This document shows, in pieces, positions 1 to 10,140 of a stretch of DNA of 64,000 nucleotides; position 1 is the first letter of the stretch; every line of letters starts with the position of its first letter. The notes beneath the pieces were generated by a model. It saw nothing but the letters and a program-made list of their open reading frames with translations, made no database searches and was not told the DNA's origin. The position numbers and the translations under genes are program-made. Source of the stretch: an uncultured archaeon (GTDB taxonomy: Archaea > Micrarchaeota > Micrarchaeia > Micrarchaeales > CABMGC01); assembly GCA_963787445.1 (NCBI GenBank), contig CAWBCT010000005.1, forward strand, positions 576,001 to 640,000, read 5' to 3'.

Positions 1-592
1 GCAAGCTCAAGCGAGCGCAATTATCTTGTCGCTCTGCCGGAGCTGAACCGCGTCTCAAGCTATCTCGGCCTGCCGGACAACATCCGCGAGCAGGCTGCAC
101 TTCTCTACAGGCAGTGCGTGAAGAACAACCTGATCCGCGGAAGGCCTATCGAGACTGTGGTCAATGCGGCACTCTATGCAACCTGCAGGAGCGCGGGCAT
201 GCCCAGGACTCTCGACGAGATCTCGCAGATATCCAACGTTTCAAAGAAGGAGATCGGCAGGACGTACCGCATAATCGCGCACGAACTTAACCTGAAGATC
301 CCCCTGACAGACCCGTCGGCCTACGTGCCGAGGTATGTGGCTGCATTTGAAGCTCAGCGGTGAGGCGCAGGAGCGATCGCTCCAGCTGCTCAAGCAGGCG
401 ATGAAGAAGGGACTGATAAGCGGAAGGAGCCCGACAGGGGTCTCTGCCGCCGCGGTATACATCGCAGGCGCGCTGGTAAGCGAGCGCCGCACCCAAAAGG
501 AGGTCGCGGACGTTGCCGGCGTGACCGAGGTAACCATACGAAACAGGTACAGGGAACTCAAGCAGGAGCTCAAGATAGACGTTAATCTCTAG
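1..592 (+). CDS. tfb: Transcription initiation factor IIB (TFB), 5'-partial, one apparent frameshift near 346
   Basis: Frame from base 1 reads [24 protein letters not shown]...[20 protein letters not shown]...PRTLDEI; second cyclin repeat [15 protein letters not shown]...[20 protein letters not shown] follows in another frame after an extra T (gcatttgaag). Confidence 0.93.
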
Positions 593-600
593 GTAGGGCC

Positions 601-1018
601 ATGAAGGCCTTACCTTCTTTTTCTTTTTTTGTTCTTATCCCACTGCTACTCTTGCCGGCGTCACAGCTGTACAACCAGAACTATACTGTCCAGCAGGCAA
701 ACTTTTCGCTGGTCGCAGGCGGAGAGCTACATAAATTCCGTCAACCAGAGCTCGTACCTCATCTTCTCCCCAAACCTTAGCGCCGCCTACTCCTATCTGG
801 GCAGGGCCCAGGAGCTGCAGAACTCCTCCCCCACCCTTGCGATAAGCTATGCGCAGCTGGCGACCACCCAGGCAAGCATCGCCTACGGCCAGATAAGCAG
901 CTACAAAAAATACGCGGCGCTGATAACCCTCTTCCTTACGGCTTGGGTCGGTGCCATCCTGTATGTGTTAATGAAACCTTCCGCTAAATCAGATAAGAGG
1001 CGTTTTAATGGTAGATAA
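601..1018 (+). CDS. Small membrane-anchored/secreted protein, apparent frameshift near 714
   Basis: ATG at 601 gives a signal-peptide-like MKALPSFSFFVLIPLLLLPA; joins the 629..1018 frame (SQAESYINS...C-terminal TM helix) if one base is removed. Confidence 0.6.
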
Positions 1019-2276
1019 AGCCACTGCACTTGAGAAGCACAAGGAGAAGCACGGAAAGATCGAGATGATAGGCAAGGTTCCTGTAGAGACGACCGAGGAA
1101 CTCTCCACCTACTACACTCCTGGCGTTGCCTATGTCTCGCAGGAGATAAAAGCGCACCCGGAGGAGGTATTCACTTACACCAACAAAGGGAATACGCTCG
1201 CCATTGTAACCGACGGCACCCGCATCCTCGGCCTTGGCGACATAGGTCCGGAAGCAGGCCTGCCGGTCATGGAGGGCAAGGCCCTCCTGTTCAAGAAGTT
1301 CGGAGGCGTCGATGCTGTGCCGGTCTGCATCAAAAAGAGCAGCGAGGAGGAGATCCTCAAGCTTCTTCAGCAGATAGAGCCCTCCTTCGGCGCGATAAAC
1401 CTAGAGGACATCGAGTCGCCGAAGTCGCTGCGCGTAGTCCGGGAGGCTGCGAAGCTTCTCCAGATACCTGTATTTCACGATGACCAGCAGGGCACCGCCG
1501 TGGTCGCCTTCGCCGCGCTCACCAACTCCCTCAAGCTCGCAGGGAAGGCCAAGGATGTAAAGATAGTCCTTCTGGGCGCGGGATCAGCGGGCATCGGCAT
1601 CGCCAAGCTCCTGCACTTCGCCGGCTTCAAGAACCTGTACGTGCTTGACAGCAAGGGCGCGATATATCGGGGCAGGCAGGACGGGATGAACGAGTTCAAG
1701 GAGGAGATAGCGATATCCAGCAACCCGCAGAACCTTCAGGGAGGCCTTGAGCAGATGATCGAGGGCGCAGACGTCTTCATCGGCGTAAGCGGCGTGCCTG
1801 GTGCCTTCAGCAGGGAGCTGATAAAGAAGATGGCTGAGAGGCCGATAGTCCTTGCGTTGACAAATCCCACCCCTGAGATAACCTACCAGGATGCGCGCAG
1901 CGCAGGCGCATTCATAGCGGCGACAGGAAGCAGCGCAACACCCAACCAGGTGAACAACAGCGTCGCCTTCCCGGGCATCTCACGAGGCCTTCTCGAGGTG
2001 CGCGCACGCCACCTGAGCGAGTCCATGCTGTACGCCGCAGCGCAGGCGATAGCCAAGACTGTAAGTAAAAACCTCAGTGTTGAGAGGATAATGCCCAGGA
2101 TGACCGAGAGAAAGGAGGCCTACAAGGTCTCAGAAGGGGTGGCCTCTGCGATAGGCGCAGCGGCAATGAAGGAGGGCATCGCAAGGCTTAACAAGGACCC
2201 GAAGGAGATAAGGGCCAACACGCGAGCCCTGCTGAAGCGCTACGCGCGCCTAGAGAAGAGGGTCTCGAAGCTCTAA
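1008..2276 (+). CDS. maeB: NAD(P)-dependent malic enzyme
   Basis: [51 protein letters not shown] and NQVNN motifs. Confidence 0.93.
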   Translation: MVDKATALEKHKEKHGKIEMIGKVPVETTEELSTYYTPGVAYVSQEIKAHPEEVFTYTNKGNTLAIVTDGTRILGLGDIGPEAGLPVMEGKALLFKKFGGVDAVPVCIKKSSEEEILKLLQQIEPSFGAINLEDIESPKSLRVVREAAKLLQIPVFHDDQQGTAVVAFAALTNSLKLAGKAKDVKIVLLGAGSAGIGIAKLLHFAGFKNLYVLDSKGAIYRGRQDGMNEFKEEIAISSNPQNLQGGLEQMIEGADVFIGVSGVPGAFSRELIKKMAERPIVLALTNPTPEITYQDARSAGAFIAATGSSATPNQVNNSVAFPGISRGLLEVRARHLSESMLYAAAQAIAKTVSKNLSVERIMPRMTERKEAYKVSEGVASAIGAAAMKEGIARLNKDPKEIRANTRALLKRYARLEKRVSKL

Positions 2277-2415
2277 TATTAGCTATTCTATAGGGCAAAG
2301 AGATGGCCCTAGCCATGCCTTCGGCAAGCAACATTTACTATCAGAAGAAGACCCTGAAAGGGGTAAAATAAAAGAAAGAAAAACACAAATCGCTATCGAG
2401 AAACGCCTAGGGCGT

Positions 2416-2787
2416 TTACATCGAAGCTACTATGCTTCCTAGTGTAGCAAGGACGAAGCCGAGCAACGCATACCAAGCCCAAACTGAGCCTGCTGTAAGC
2501 GCTACCAGAGCGATTCCCGCCATGAAGGAGATCTTCATTCCCCATTCCACTGCCATCTTCTCGCCCTTCATAAGGCCGAAGCTGGTCAAGAATAGAGAGA
2601 CGGCGCCGACTGCTCCAAGTCCGAGCACTAGCGACCAGACCACATTAGCCAACGAGGCTCCTGCGCTCCATGCGCTTACCCCTCCCCCAGACACTAGGGT
2701 GAACGCTACATAGAGGTATACCAACGAGCCCAAAAAGGCTAGTACAAAACCCCATGTTTTGTTTCCAGACATTTCACTTTTTGCCAT
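2416..2787 (-). CDS. Hypothetical 4-TM membrane protein
   Basis: 123 aa, almost entirely hydrophobic helices; TATA-like CTTAAATA about 35-40 nt upstream. Confidence 0.75.
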   Translation of the reverse strand: MAKSEMSGNKTWGFVLAFLGSLVYLYVAFTLVSGGGVSAWSAGASLANVVWSLVLGLGAVGAVSLFLTSFGLMKGEKMAVEWGMKISFMAGIALVALTAGSVWAWYALLGFVLATLGSIVASM

Positions 2788-2840
2788 GTTCTCACTTTCA
2801 GTAAGAAGGTAAACTCCATGCTATTTAAGGCGATATCCAG

Positions 2841-2876
2841 GTTAGACAACTGACGTTCAGTTAGACATCTGACGTT
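2841..2876. promoter_or_regulatory. Tandem imperfect-palindromic operator candidate
   Basis: GTTAGACAACTGACGTT (2841-2857) and GTTAGACATCTGACGTT (2860-2876), 16/17 identical, immediately upstream of the minus-strand TATA at about 2822-2829. Confidence 0.5.
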
Positions 2877-2890
2877 GCCCTGGGAAGAGC

Positions 2891-3871
2891 TCACTGGACT
2901 GTTTTCTGCCTTATGCAGGCCATTATCTCAAGCTCCTTTAGGCTGAAGGGATGGACATTGTAGCCCTCTTTGTCGAGGTTGCTTGCCATTATTGCCGGGC
3001 TAGCGCCCTTTCCGTAGGTGTAGACCAGCCTCGGCGCGCAGGCGTCTATGTACTCCACCGACTGGGCGTAATCGGCATGGTCGCTCAGGCAGAACTGGAC
3101 ATCCGTGCCCAGGTGGAACACCTTGGCGAATCCGCTGGCAATTCCGGTATACACCTTCCTATCGTAGACCCTTGAGAGCCTCGCCTTCATGGGACCGACC
3201 TCTGACATGCTGACTATCCCGAAGAAGTTACCCGAGACCGCATCCTCGAAACCGGTCTCGTTATCCATGGAGATATAATCCAGCTTTGTCCCGTGCCTCT
3301 CGTAAACCTGGTTTACCCTGCCGATCTTGTTCCCTACCACGGGCGCTATGCCTGCCTCGTTAGCTATCTTCACGAGCTCCTGGGCCTTTCCGAGCGTGTA
3401 CGCTCCGAAGACGACTATCCCCCTCTCGAGCTTTGAGGAGAGGTAATGCTGGATGGCTGTAGTAACCTCCTCCTTGTCGTCAAACCTGAGCCTCTTGTCC
3501 GGGTATGTGGCGTCTATTACCAGAACGTCCGCCCTGCGCGTCTCTATGGGCTCGGCAACCTTCGACGGCAGCATCTGGAAGTCGCCGCTGTAGATGAATG
3601 AGAAGCCGTCCGCCTCGGCGTAGAGCTGCTTTGACCCGAGTATGTGGCCTGCGTCGAGCAGCTTCACGCCCTCCAGCTCTATATGATTGTCTATGCTCTT
3701 CTTGCTTCGAACCTCGATGAGCTCCTTCGTTATCCTGCTTGAGATTAGCCCCTTGCTCTTGCAGATGCCTGAGGTGTGGTCCGAGTGGGCGTGCGAGACG
3801 AAGTTTATGTTTGCCGCGGCGTCGCGCGTGTCGAGTGAGATGTTTGCGTCGCCGAGCCTAAGTCCCATCAA
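2891..3871 (-). CDS. Metallo-beta-lactamase/beta-CASP-like nuclease
   Basis: SHAHSDH, AGHILGS, YSGDF, DATY, YTLGKAQE and SDHAD motifs. Confidence 0.85.
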   Translation of the reverse strand: MMGLRLGDANISLDTRDAAANINFVSHAHSDHTSGICKSKGLISSRITKELIEVRSKKSIDNHIELEGVKLLDAGHILGSKQLYAEADGFSFIYSGDFQMLPSKVAEPIETRRADVLVIDATYPDKRLRFDDKEEVTTAIQHYLSSKLERGIVVFGAYTLGKAQELVKIANEAGIAPVVGNKIGRVNQVYERHGTKLDYISMDNETGFEDAVSGNFFGIVSMSEVGPMKARLSRVYDRKVYTGIASGFAKVFHLGTDVQFCLSDHADYAQSVEYIDACAPRLVYTYGKGASPAIMASNLDKEGYNVHPFSLKELEIMACIRQKTVQ

Positions 3872-3950
3872 GTCGCCTATCTGGGTTGCACGTTAAGTCT
3901 TTTATACTTATTTTGAGCAACTCATTACCAAGGTTCTATTTTGTGATCTG

Positions 3951-4892
3951 ATGGCTGAAAAACTCATAATCATAGGCTCAGGCCCTGCGGGCCTCGCCGC
4001 CGCGATCTACGCCGCGAGGGAGGGCTTCGAGCCCCTCGTCATAGCGGGCACGCGCGGGGGCGGCCAGCTCGAGCTCACCAGCATTGTGGAGAACATACCG
4101 GGCTTCCCGGACGGGATAGACGGCCCCGAGTTCGTGAAGAGGACCAAGGCCCAGGCAGAGAAGTTCGGCACCAGGTTCCTGTACGAAGATGTCACCGCGG
4201 TCTCGCTTAGCTCAAAACCGTTTGCCATAACGGCCGGCGGCAAGCAGTACCTCGCCGATTCCGTAATAATCGCAACCGGCGCCAATGCAAAGTGGCTGGG
4301 CCTTCCCTCCGAACAGCGGCTCATAGGCAAGGGAGTCTCAAGCTGCGGCACCTGCGACGGGCCATTCTTCAAGAACAAGAACGTCCTGGTGGTGGGCGGA
4401 GGGGACACGGCCATGGAGGACGCGCTCTTCCTCACGAAGTTCGCGAGCTCCGTCACCGTGGTGCACCGCAAGGAGTCGCTCAGGGCGAGCAAGATCATGC
4501 AGGAGCGCGCAATCTCAAACAGCAAGATAAAATTCATCTGGAACAGCACCCTAGAGGAGGTCCTCGGGACAGACCACGTTGAAGGGGTGAAGATAAGGAA
4601 CCTTATCGATGGCCAGATAACCTCCATGCCGATGGACGGGGTCTTCGTTGCCATAGGCTATGCGCCAAACACGGACATGGTTAAGGGCCAGCTAAGGCTG
4701 GACGATGCGGGCTACATAGTGACCGTAGACGAGGTCAAGACAGAGATAGAGGGGGTTTTCATAGCCGGTGATGTCGCCGACAAGTACTACCGCCAGGCCG
4801 CCACAGCCGTGGCCAGCGGCGTTAAATGCGCCCTCCTGGCGCGCGAGTACCTCTCCCTGCTTGCCTACCAGAGGGCCAAGGAAAACAAGTAG
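3951..4892 (+). CDS. trxB: Thioredoxin-disulfide reductase
   Basis: GSGPAG, GGQL, CGTC active site, VGGGDTAMEDA, GVFIAGDV. Confidence 0.95.
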   Translation: MAEKLIIIGSGPAGLAAAIYAAREGFEPLVIAGTRGGGQLELTSIVENIPGFPDGIDGPEFVKRTKAQAEKFGTRFLYEDVTAVSLSSKPFAITAGGKQYLADSVIIATGANAKWLGLPSEQRLIGKGVSSCGTCDGPFFKNKNVLVVGGGDTAMEDALFLTKFASSVTVVHRKESLRASKIMQERAISNSKIKFIWNSTLEEVLGTDHVEGVKIRNLIDGQITSMPMDGVFVAIGYAPNTDMVKGQLRLDDAGYIVTVDEVKTEIEGVFIAGDVADKYYRQAATAVASGVKCALLAREYLSLLAYQRAKENK

Positions 4893-5372
4893 CTACTCAT
4901 CCTCGGTTCCGAGCATGTTTCTTGACCTGCCCTTCCTCTGCCTGGGTATCTCTTCTCCCTGCTCATCAAAATCATAGACCGGCTGCTGTTTCTGCGGCTT
5001 CTTCTTGACCTGCTGAGGCTCTTCATCCTTAACACCCTCATCGGCCACCGGCTCGCCTGCTAGGCCCGCGTAATCATCCGGGCTCTCCTTCTTGTCAAAG
5101 CCTTTCATCGCGTTTTTCCTGTCGTACCTGGGTGCCAGGCTCTCGCTAACCTTGGCCTCATAGGGCCCTGCCGTCTCCCTAGCCGCAAACTGCCTCCCCT
5201 CCTGGGCCCTGCCCTCCGCATGTATGACGTAGATCGAGTACAGTACCGCGACTATGGATATCGCTACCGCCCCTATCCCCAGATTCATGTCGCTTGTAAC
5301 CATGGATGCGACTGTCATCACCAGCGCCACGAGAATGATCACCGCGATTGCGTACTCCTCTTTTCGGTTCAT
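4893..5372 (-). CDS. Hypothetical membrane protein (2 N-terminal TM, charged tail)
   Basis: Two hydrophobic helices followed by a low-complexity charged region. Confidence 0.65.
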   Translation of the reverse strand: MNRKEEYAIAVIILVALVMTVASMVTSDMNLGIGAVAISIVAVLYSIYVIHAEGRAQEGRQFAARETAGPYEAKVSESLAPRYDRKNAMKGFDKKESPDDYAGLAGEPVADEGVKDEEPQQVKKKPQKQQPVYDFDEQGEEIPRQRKGRSRNMLGTEDE

Positions 5373-5382
5373 AAATTCACCA

Positions 5383-8088
5383 TTAAATATCTGTTGAGAT
5401 GCTGACCTTCCTGCTAACCAATATCAGGGAACACATTGATAATCCTACCACTATCGCCGGAACAGCGTAGGCGCCGAACGGGTCGTCAGAATACTGGTAG
5501 GAGATGCTGTACGGGCTGTAGAGCTCGCTTCCCGCGGTCTTGAACGTGATGTTGTAGATCCCTGCGTGCGGAGGCGTGTAGTTTATTGTGTTGCCTGTCG
5601 AGCCGACGAACCTCCCGTTAACGAAGAGGCTTCCGATGAGGGACTGGTTGTAGCTTGTCACCTGCGCCGTTGTCGTGCAGCTTGAGTACGTGCTCTGGCT
5701 GCTCTTGCACGAGCCTGTGAAGGAGAGCTGCGGATTGAAGTACGGCTTGACCATCGTCTTGTTTACGAAACTGCCGGAGTCCAGGTCCTTGGCCTCGACG
5801 AGGTACCTTCCCGCGGGCACCCAGGTTGCATTATACACCGCCGTGCCGTTGCCCGAAGCCATCTGCACGCCGTTGAAGTAGATGCTCACCGTGTCGTTGG
5901 GCACAGAGCTTGTAGCGTTTATCACGTAGCCGTTTATGTTAAGCTGAAACTGCACGGGCACAAACGGCACCGTCGGCCTAGCCTGCAGGCGCGGGGTCAG
6001 TAGGTTCCTGCATAGCCCAACATCCGCGACCTGCACGGCGGCCGTGTAGTTCTGCGGCATGAGCTCATAGGTGTTAAAGAGGGTGAAGTAGTCGCTGTTG
6101 TTTGGGGCTCCCAAATACTGCTTCCCGCCCTCGGACAAACTGACCGTGGTCCCATTAAGTATGAAGGTTCCCGAGCCGGGCGAAAGATACTTTGTAAGCA
6201 GATCGTAGCTTGTACCGTTGAAGACAATCGTTTGGAAGGAGCTGACCGTTGTATTGACAAGAGAGCTGCAGGTCTGGTTTATCGAGGGCTGGGCCAGTAT
6301 CGGGGCGGTCCTCTTGTAGTTCGGGGAATAGAAGTAGCCGTTGAATCCGCTTCCGCCCGAAGAGCCGCCCTGGAAGGGCAAGGGCTGCGGCTGGTTGATT
6401 GTCAGCGAACTCGCCGGCGAGTAGGCTGTGTCTCCCGCGCTGTCGGTAATATCAACGCAGTAGAAGCCCTGCACCGAAGAGGCCGTGTAGGTGGGCGAAG
6501 TAGCCCCCCATATGGGCGAGTTCAAACTGCAGGTCGAGAAGGCCCCGCTGTACCATTGGTACGAGTAGGGCGCGACCCCGCCGCTCAGCGTTATGCTGAA
6601 CGTTACGCTCTGGCCTGAGAGTATCGTAGGGTTGAGCGGCGTTATTGACGAGATGGTAAGCGAGCTACCTCCCTGTATGGTGGTTGTTGTGCTCGTGGAA
6701 ACGCTCGTAGAAGCGGCCGTTGAGGTGCTTGTGGATGTGCTCGTTGATGTGCTTGTTGAAGTGCTCGTTGTGCCTCCACCCGCTATGGTGGTAGTCAGAG
6801 CGGTCGTAGAAGTGCTCGTGGAGACGCTCGTGGAAGGGGTCGTTGAGGTGCTCGTGGAAGTACTTGTTGAGGTGCTCGTCGAAGTGCTCGTTGAGGTGCT
6901 TGTTGTGCCGCCACGCAGTATTGTGGTCGTAGAAGTGCTCGTGGAGGTGCTTGTGGATGTAGAAATCGTAGTTCCGCTGCCCGGTATGGTTGTTGTGGTC
7001 GTAGGATAAACAGAGACGTAGGCTGGGGCGTACAGCGAAACGCCAGCGCCGTCTGTCGCGTTCACGCAGTAATAGAACGTGGCAGGGATTGAACCTGTTG
7101 AAAGTTGCTGGACCAGGGACCGCGAGTTCGCACCCTCTATCTCATTGCTCCTGATGCCGCAGAACGGGCCCTCCCCGGTGTACCACTGGTACGAGTAGGG
7201 CGCGACCCCGCCGCTTGCGACTGCTGTCATGGTGACCGACTGCCCGCTGTCTATCTGCTGGTTGCTGTAGGAGACAGAAACGCTGAAGGGCGGGATTGTT
7301 GGAGGCACCGTGGTCAAGAGCGTGGAGGTGGTTGTTGAGACCGTCGATGTCGTTATGAGCGTGGAGGTTGATGCGCTAACCTGATAGGTTCCTATGATCT
7401 CATAGTCGCCCTCAACAGGGCCTCCTATATATCCGGATGTTATGCACGGGCTTGATGCGACGGACGAGCCCACCCCCAGGCTCCAGCCTGAGAAGGTGTA
7501 CGACGGGACGCCGCCCCAATCCGAAGTGCAAAGATAGGTTATCATGGATCCCCAGGGCACCTCAACGCTCGCCGATGACTGGCCGTTGCCGGCGCAGGTT
7601 TGCGGTTGCTGAGTGCTTCCAGGCGGCGTGTATGCGAAGCATGCGCCCCAGCCATTTGCAGCAGCAGCCGGGCTTTCCAGTATCGAGACCGGCTCGTAAA
7701 GTATTGTGGTGGTTGTTGGGATTGAAGTCGTTGTGCTAGTGGGATACACCGAGACGTATCCCGGCGCGTAATAATAATCGCCCGCGCTGTCCGCCGCATA
7801 CACGCAGTAATAGAACGTGGCCGGGATTGAGCTTGTGGCCAACTGCTGCGTGACCGACTGGGAGGTCGCCCCGGCTATCGCATCGTTTGGAATCCCGCAA
7901 ATGCTCCCTGTTCCAGTATACCACTGATAGCTATAGGGTGGAACCCCGCCGCCTGCGACCGCTGTCATGGTGACCGACTGCCCGCTGTCTATCTGCTGGT
8001 TGCTGTAGGAGACAGAAACGCTGAAGGAGCTGGCGCTGACCAGGTGTGAGACCAAAATTAAGCCCAAAAGCGCGAACAAGAACCGCAT
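5383..8088 (-). CDS. Large secreted, membrane-anchored surface glycoprotein with repeated Ig/PKD-like domains and Ser/Thr linkers
   Basis: Signal peptide; three GGVxPYSYQWY beta-domains; long (ST)n tracts; many N-x-S/T sequons; C-terminal TM. Confidence 0.85.
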   Translation of the reverse strand: MRFLFALLGLILVSHLVSASSFSVSVSYSNQQIDSGQSVTMTAVAGGGVPPYSYQWYTGTGSICGIPNDAIAGATSQSVTQQLATSSIPATFYYCVYAADSAGDYYYAPGYVSVYPTSTTTSIPTTTTILYEPVSILESPAAAANGWGACFAYTPPGSTQQPQTCAGNGQSSASVEVPWGSMITYLCTSDWGGVPSYTFSGWSLGVGSSVASSPCITSGYIGGPVEGDYEIIGTYQVSASTSTLITTSTVSTTTSTLLTTVPPTIPPFSVSVSYSNQQIDSGQSVTMTAVASGGVAPYSYQWYTGEGPFCGIRSNEIEGANSRSLVQQLSTGSIPATFYYCVNATDGAGVSLYAPAYVSVYPTTTTTIPGSGTTISTSTSTSTSTSTTTILRGGTTSTSTSTSTSTSTSTSTSTSTTPSTSVSTSTSTTALTTTIAGGGTTSTSTSTSTSTSTSTSTAASTSVSTSTTTTIQGGSSLTISSITPLNPTILSGQSVTFSITLSGGVAPYSYQWYSGAFSTCSLNSPIWGATSPTYTASSVQGFYCVDITDSAGDTAYSPASSLTINQPQPLPFQGGSSGGSGFNGYFYSPNYKRTAPILAQPSINQTCSSLVNTTVSSFQTIVFNGTSYDLLTKYLSPGSGTFILNGTTVSLSEGGKQYLGAPNNSDYFTLFNTYELMPQNYTAAVQVADVGLCRNLLTPRLQARPTVPFVPVQFQLNINGYVINATSSVPNDTVSIYFNGVQMASGNGTAVYNATWVPAGRYLVEAKDLDSGSFVNKTMVKPYFNPQLSFTGSCKSSQSTYSSCTTTAQVTSYNQSLIGSLFVNGRFVGSTGNTINYTPPHAGIYNITFKTAGSELYSPYSISYQYSDDPFGAYAVPAIVVGLSMCSLILVSRKVSISTDI
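7223..8027. repeat. Intragenic 67-bp identical direct repeat (domain duplication)
   Basis: gctgtcatggtgaccgactg...cagaaacgctgaagg occurs at 7223-7289 and 7961-8027. Confidence 0.85.
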
Positions 8089-8223
8089 GTAATCTTATCG
8101 GCTAAATACTTCTTGTTTCTCATATATAAAGCTTGCTTTATTATTGTCGTCGCAAGCATTGACGACACATCTCCCGGGCGCCACCATTTTATAACTGCTC
8201 TGAGAACACTAATTGTGCATTGA

Positions 8224-9162
8224 ATGGTCTCTGCGAACGAGGAGAAGCTGGTCTTTGCCTACAAATACCCCTTCTCAAAGGAGGCGAAGGAGCTTATCTC
8301 GGAGATGAACGCGAAGTTCGACAGGAAGGCCCTGAGCGACGGCGGCCTGCGGGTGAAGAAGGCGCTCGAAAACAACCTCCCGTTCGACGAGATGAAGATG
8401 ACCAGCCTGATGCAGACCCAGCTGATAAGCTACGTCTATGCCCGCATGATCGCCAGCGCCATGCGGAACTTCTCCGTCCTCGACTCCTATGCAACTGCCG
8501 AGGCCCAGCGGGCCTCCGGAGCCCTGCGCCTGGGAACCGACGGAGAGCTTATCCGTCTCTCGCAGGAGCTCGGTGTCGAGCTGAAGAAGGAGAGGGAACA
8601 GTTTTGCACCTCGTTCGAGTCCTACCTTGCCGGCATGCCCAGGCTGGAAAGCTTTGCGCTCTCTCGGCAGATGCTGAAGGAGGGCAAGGTATACCTTTCA
8701 CGGGACTCGCTTGTTTGCATCCTGCGCGAGCGCATAAAGAAGGAGGTGCTCAAGGGTCTTCCGATCCCGATAAAGGAGCTGCCCCAGGAGGTCGTCGCCT
8801 CCTCCCGCCTCATTGCACCTCCCGCAGCAGAGAGGGCCGCAGGCAGCAGGGACAAGGACGGGGGTGTCAGGTACAGGTGGATAGAGCAGCTGATAGAGCA
8901 TCCAATACCCGATGTTCGCCACAGGACCGTCAACCTGATACTCGCCCCCTATCTCACGACCATCCGGGGGCTCAGCGAGGAGGAGGCTGTGAAGATAATT
9001 CACGACTACATAGAGCGCTGCAAGCTGATAAATCCAGACACCAAGGTGAACCTCACCTATATAAAATATCAGTGCCACTATTCTAAGACCAAGGGGTTGA
9101 AGCCCCTCTCGCAGGTTAGGGCGCGCGAACTGCTCGGAGAGCACGTGCCTTTTGACAATTGA
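8224..9162 (+). CDS. priL: DNA primase non-catalytic subunit: PriL N-terminal domain fused to PriX-like domain
   Basis: N-half YKYPFSKEAK...SYVYARMI...KEGKVYL...LRERIK is PriL-like; C-half YRWIEQLI..PIPDVRHRTVNLILAPYL...YIKYQCHYSKTKGLKPLS is PriX-like. Confidence 0.75.
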   Translation: MVSANEEKLVFAYKYPFSKEAKELISEMNAKFDRKALSDGGLRVKKALENNLPFDEMKMTSLMQTQLISYVYARMIASAMRNFSVLDSYATAEAQRASGALRLGTDGELIRLSQELGVELKKEREQFCTSFESYLAGMPRLESFALSRQMLKEGKVYLSRDSLVCILRERIKKEVLKGLPIPIKELPQEVVASSRLIAPPAAERAAGSRDKDGGVRYRWIEQLIEHPIPDVRHRTVNLILAPYLTTIRGLSEEEAVKIIHDYIERCKLINPDTKVNLTYIKYQCHYSKTKGLKPLSQVRARELLGEHVPFDN

Positions 9163-9169
9163 TGATCTT

Positions 9170-9322
9170 ATGAAAGTTTTATTGTGTCATGTTTGTGGAA
9201 AGACGGCCGGAAGTACCTGCAAATTATGTGGGAGACCAGCCTGCGCTGCGCACTATGATGAGAAATTGGGCATCTGCCTAATGTGCAAGACGGGCCGGAC
9301 TTTAGCTACTCTTAAGAAATAG
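9170..9322 (+). CDS. 50-aa zinc-finger protein (not in ORF track)
   Basis: MKVLLCHVCGKTAGSTCKLCGRPACAAHYDEKLGICLMCKTGRTLATLKK: CxxC, CxxC, CxxH, CxxC; starts 8 nt after the primase stop. Confidence 0.75.
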   Translation: MKVLLCHVCGKTAGSTCKLCGRPACAAHYDEKLGICLMCKTGRTLATLKK

Positions 9323-9581
9323 ATTGGAAATCCTGTGCTGAGGTCCCCTGTGGGAAGGCCCTGCCATTTTGTCCTTCCACTGGGAGCTTTATCTCGTTTG
9401 CAAGCCTCGTCAGCTCAGACATGTCGATCTGGCGGTCTATGTAAAGCTCGGTGTAAACAACATTTCCGAGAGTGACCTTCTTGACATTGAAGGTCATCTG
9501 CTGCAGCATCCCACTGCGGGTCACGCGCACCTTCACCGAACCGAATCTTATTGCATTCCTTGCGATGTTTGTCAATTCCAT
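9312..9581 (-). CDS. Hypothetical protein
   Basis: 89-aa ORF with natural composition and ATG start. Confidence 0.65.
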   Translation of the reverse strand: MELTNIARNAIRFGSVKVRVTRSGMLQQMTFNVKKVTLGNVVYTELYIDRQIDMSELTRLANEIKLPVEGQNGRAFPQGTSAQDFQSIS

Positions 9582-9610
9582 TTTATTATCCGTTGATAAT
9601 TAGTATGATA

Positions 9611-9910
9611 TTAGGCAGGCACTACAAACGCTTCCATCCCGGGCTCCTGCTTGTCCCGCTGGGCTCCTGAAATAGCCGCAACTCTGTCCTCTTGCTGCTT
9701 TTCATGCAGGCTCTTCAACTCCGCTACAACTTCGGTCCTGCCGAGTCTCTCCGCAAGCTGCCTCGCCTTCTCAATCTTGTCCTCGCATTCCGTCCTGTCT
9801 ACCTTTTCCAACTGGGCCCTTGCCGTGGTTCTGCTCTTCTCGTCGCCCATGACCAGGGCGTACACTGTGGAGTCGCCTGCCCTCCTGGTTGGTGCCGTAT
9901 GATGTTTCAT
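9611..9910 (-). CDS. Hypothetical protein
   Basis: 99-aa charged helical ORF. Confidence 0.55.
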   Translation of the reverse strand: MKHHTAPTRRAGDSTVYALVMGDEKSRTTARAQLEKVDRTECEDKIEKARQLAERLGRTEVVAELKSLHEKQQEDRVAAISGAQRDKQEPGMEAFVVPA

Positions 9911-10140
9911 TTTCCCACTTGTTTTGCAGTTGCTTACGCTTATCTAAAGCGAAATTCCTGTAACTGACTGAAAGCCAAAGCGATGAAAAATAGGTTTCGC
10001 TGGCTGTGGCTATATGTTGGTTATTAACATTTATAAGGGTATCGCTGCCCCTAGCGTCTTCGGTTCTGGATAGGGACAAAACGCCTGAAAAGCGCCGTAA
10101 AAACGACAATCCATATTAAGCTATTCCTCATTATACTCTC

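Noticed and set aside
340-365. Programmed frameshift or TGA recoding in tfb
   Set aside because: No slippery heptamer; removing one T restores a normal TFB, and similar indels occur elsewhere.
6660-7000. Repetitive GTGCTCGTGGAG-like tract as a CRISPR array, or the Val/Glu-rich plus-strand ORF
   Set aside because: It is the antisense of the (Ser-Thr)n linker of the surface protein; no repeat-spacer structure and no cas genes.
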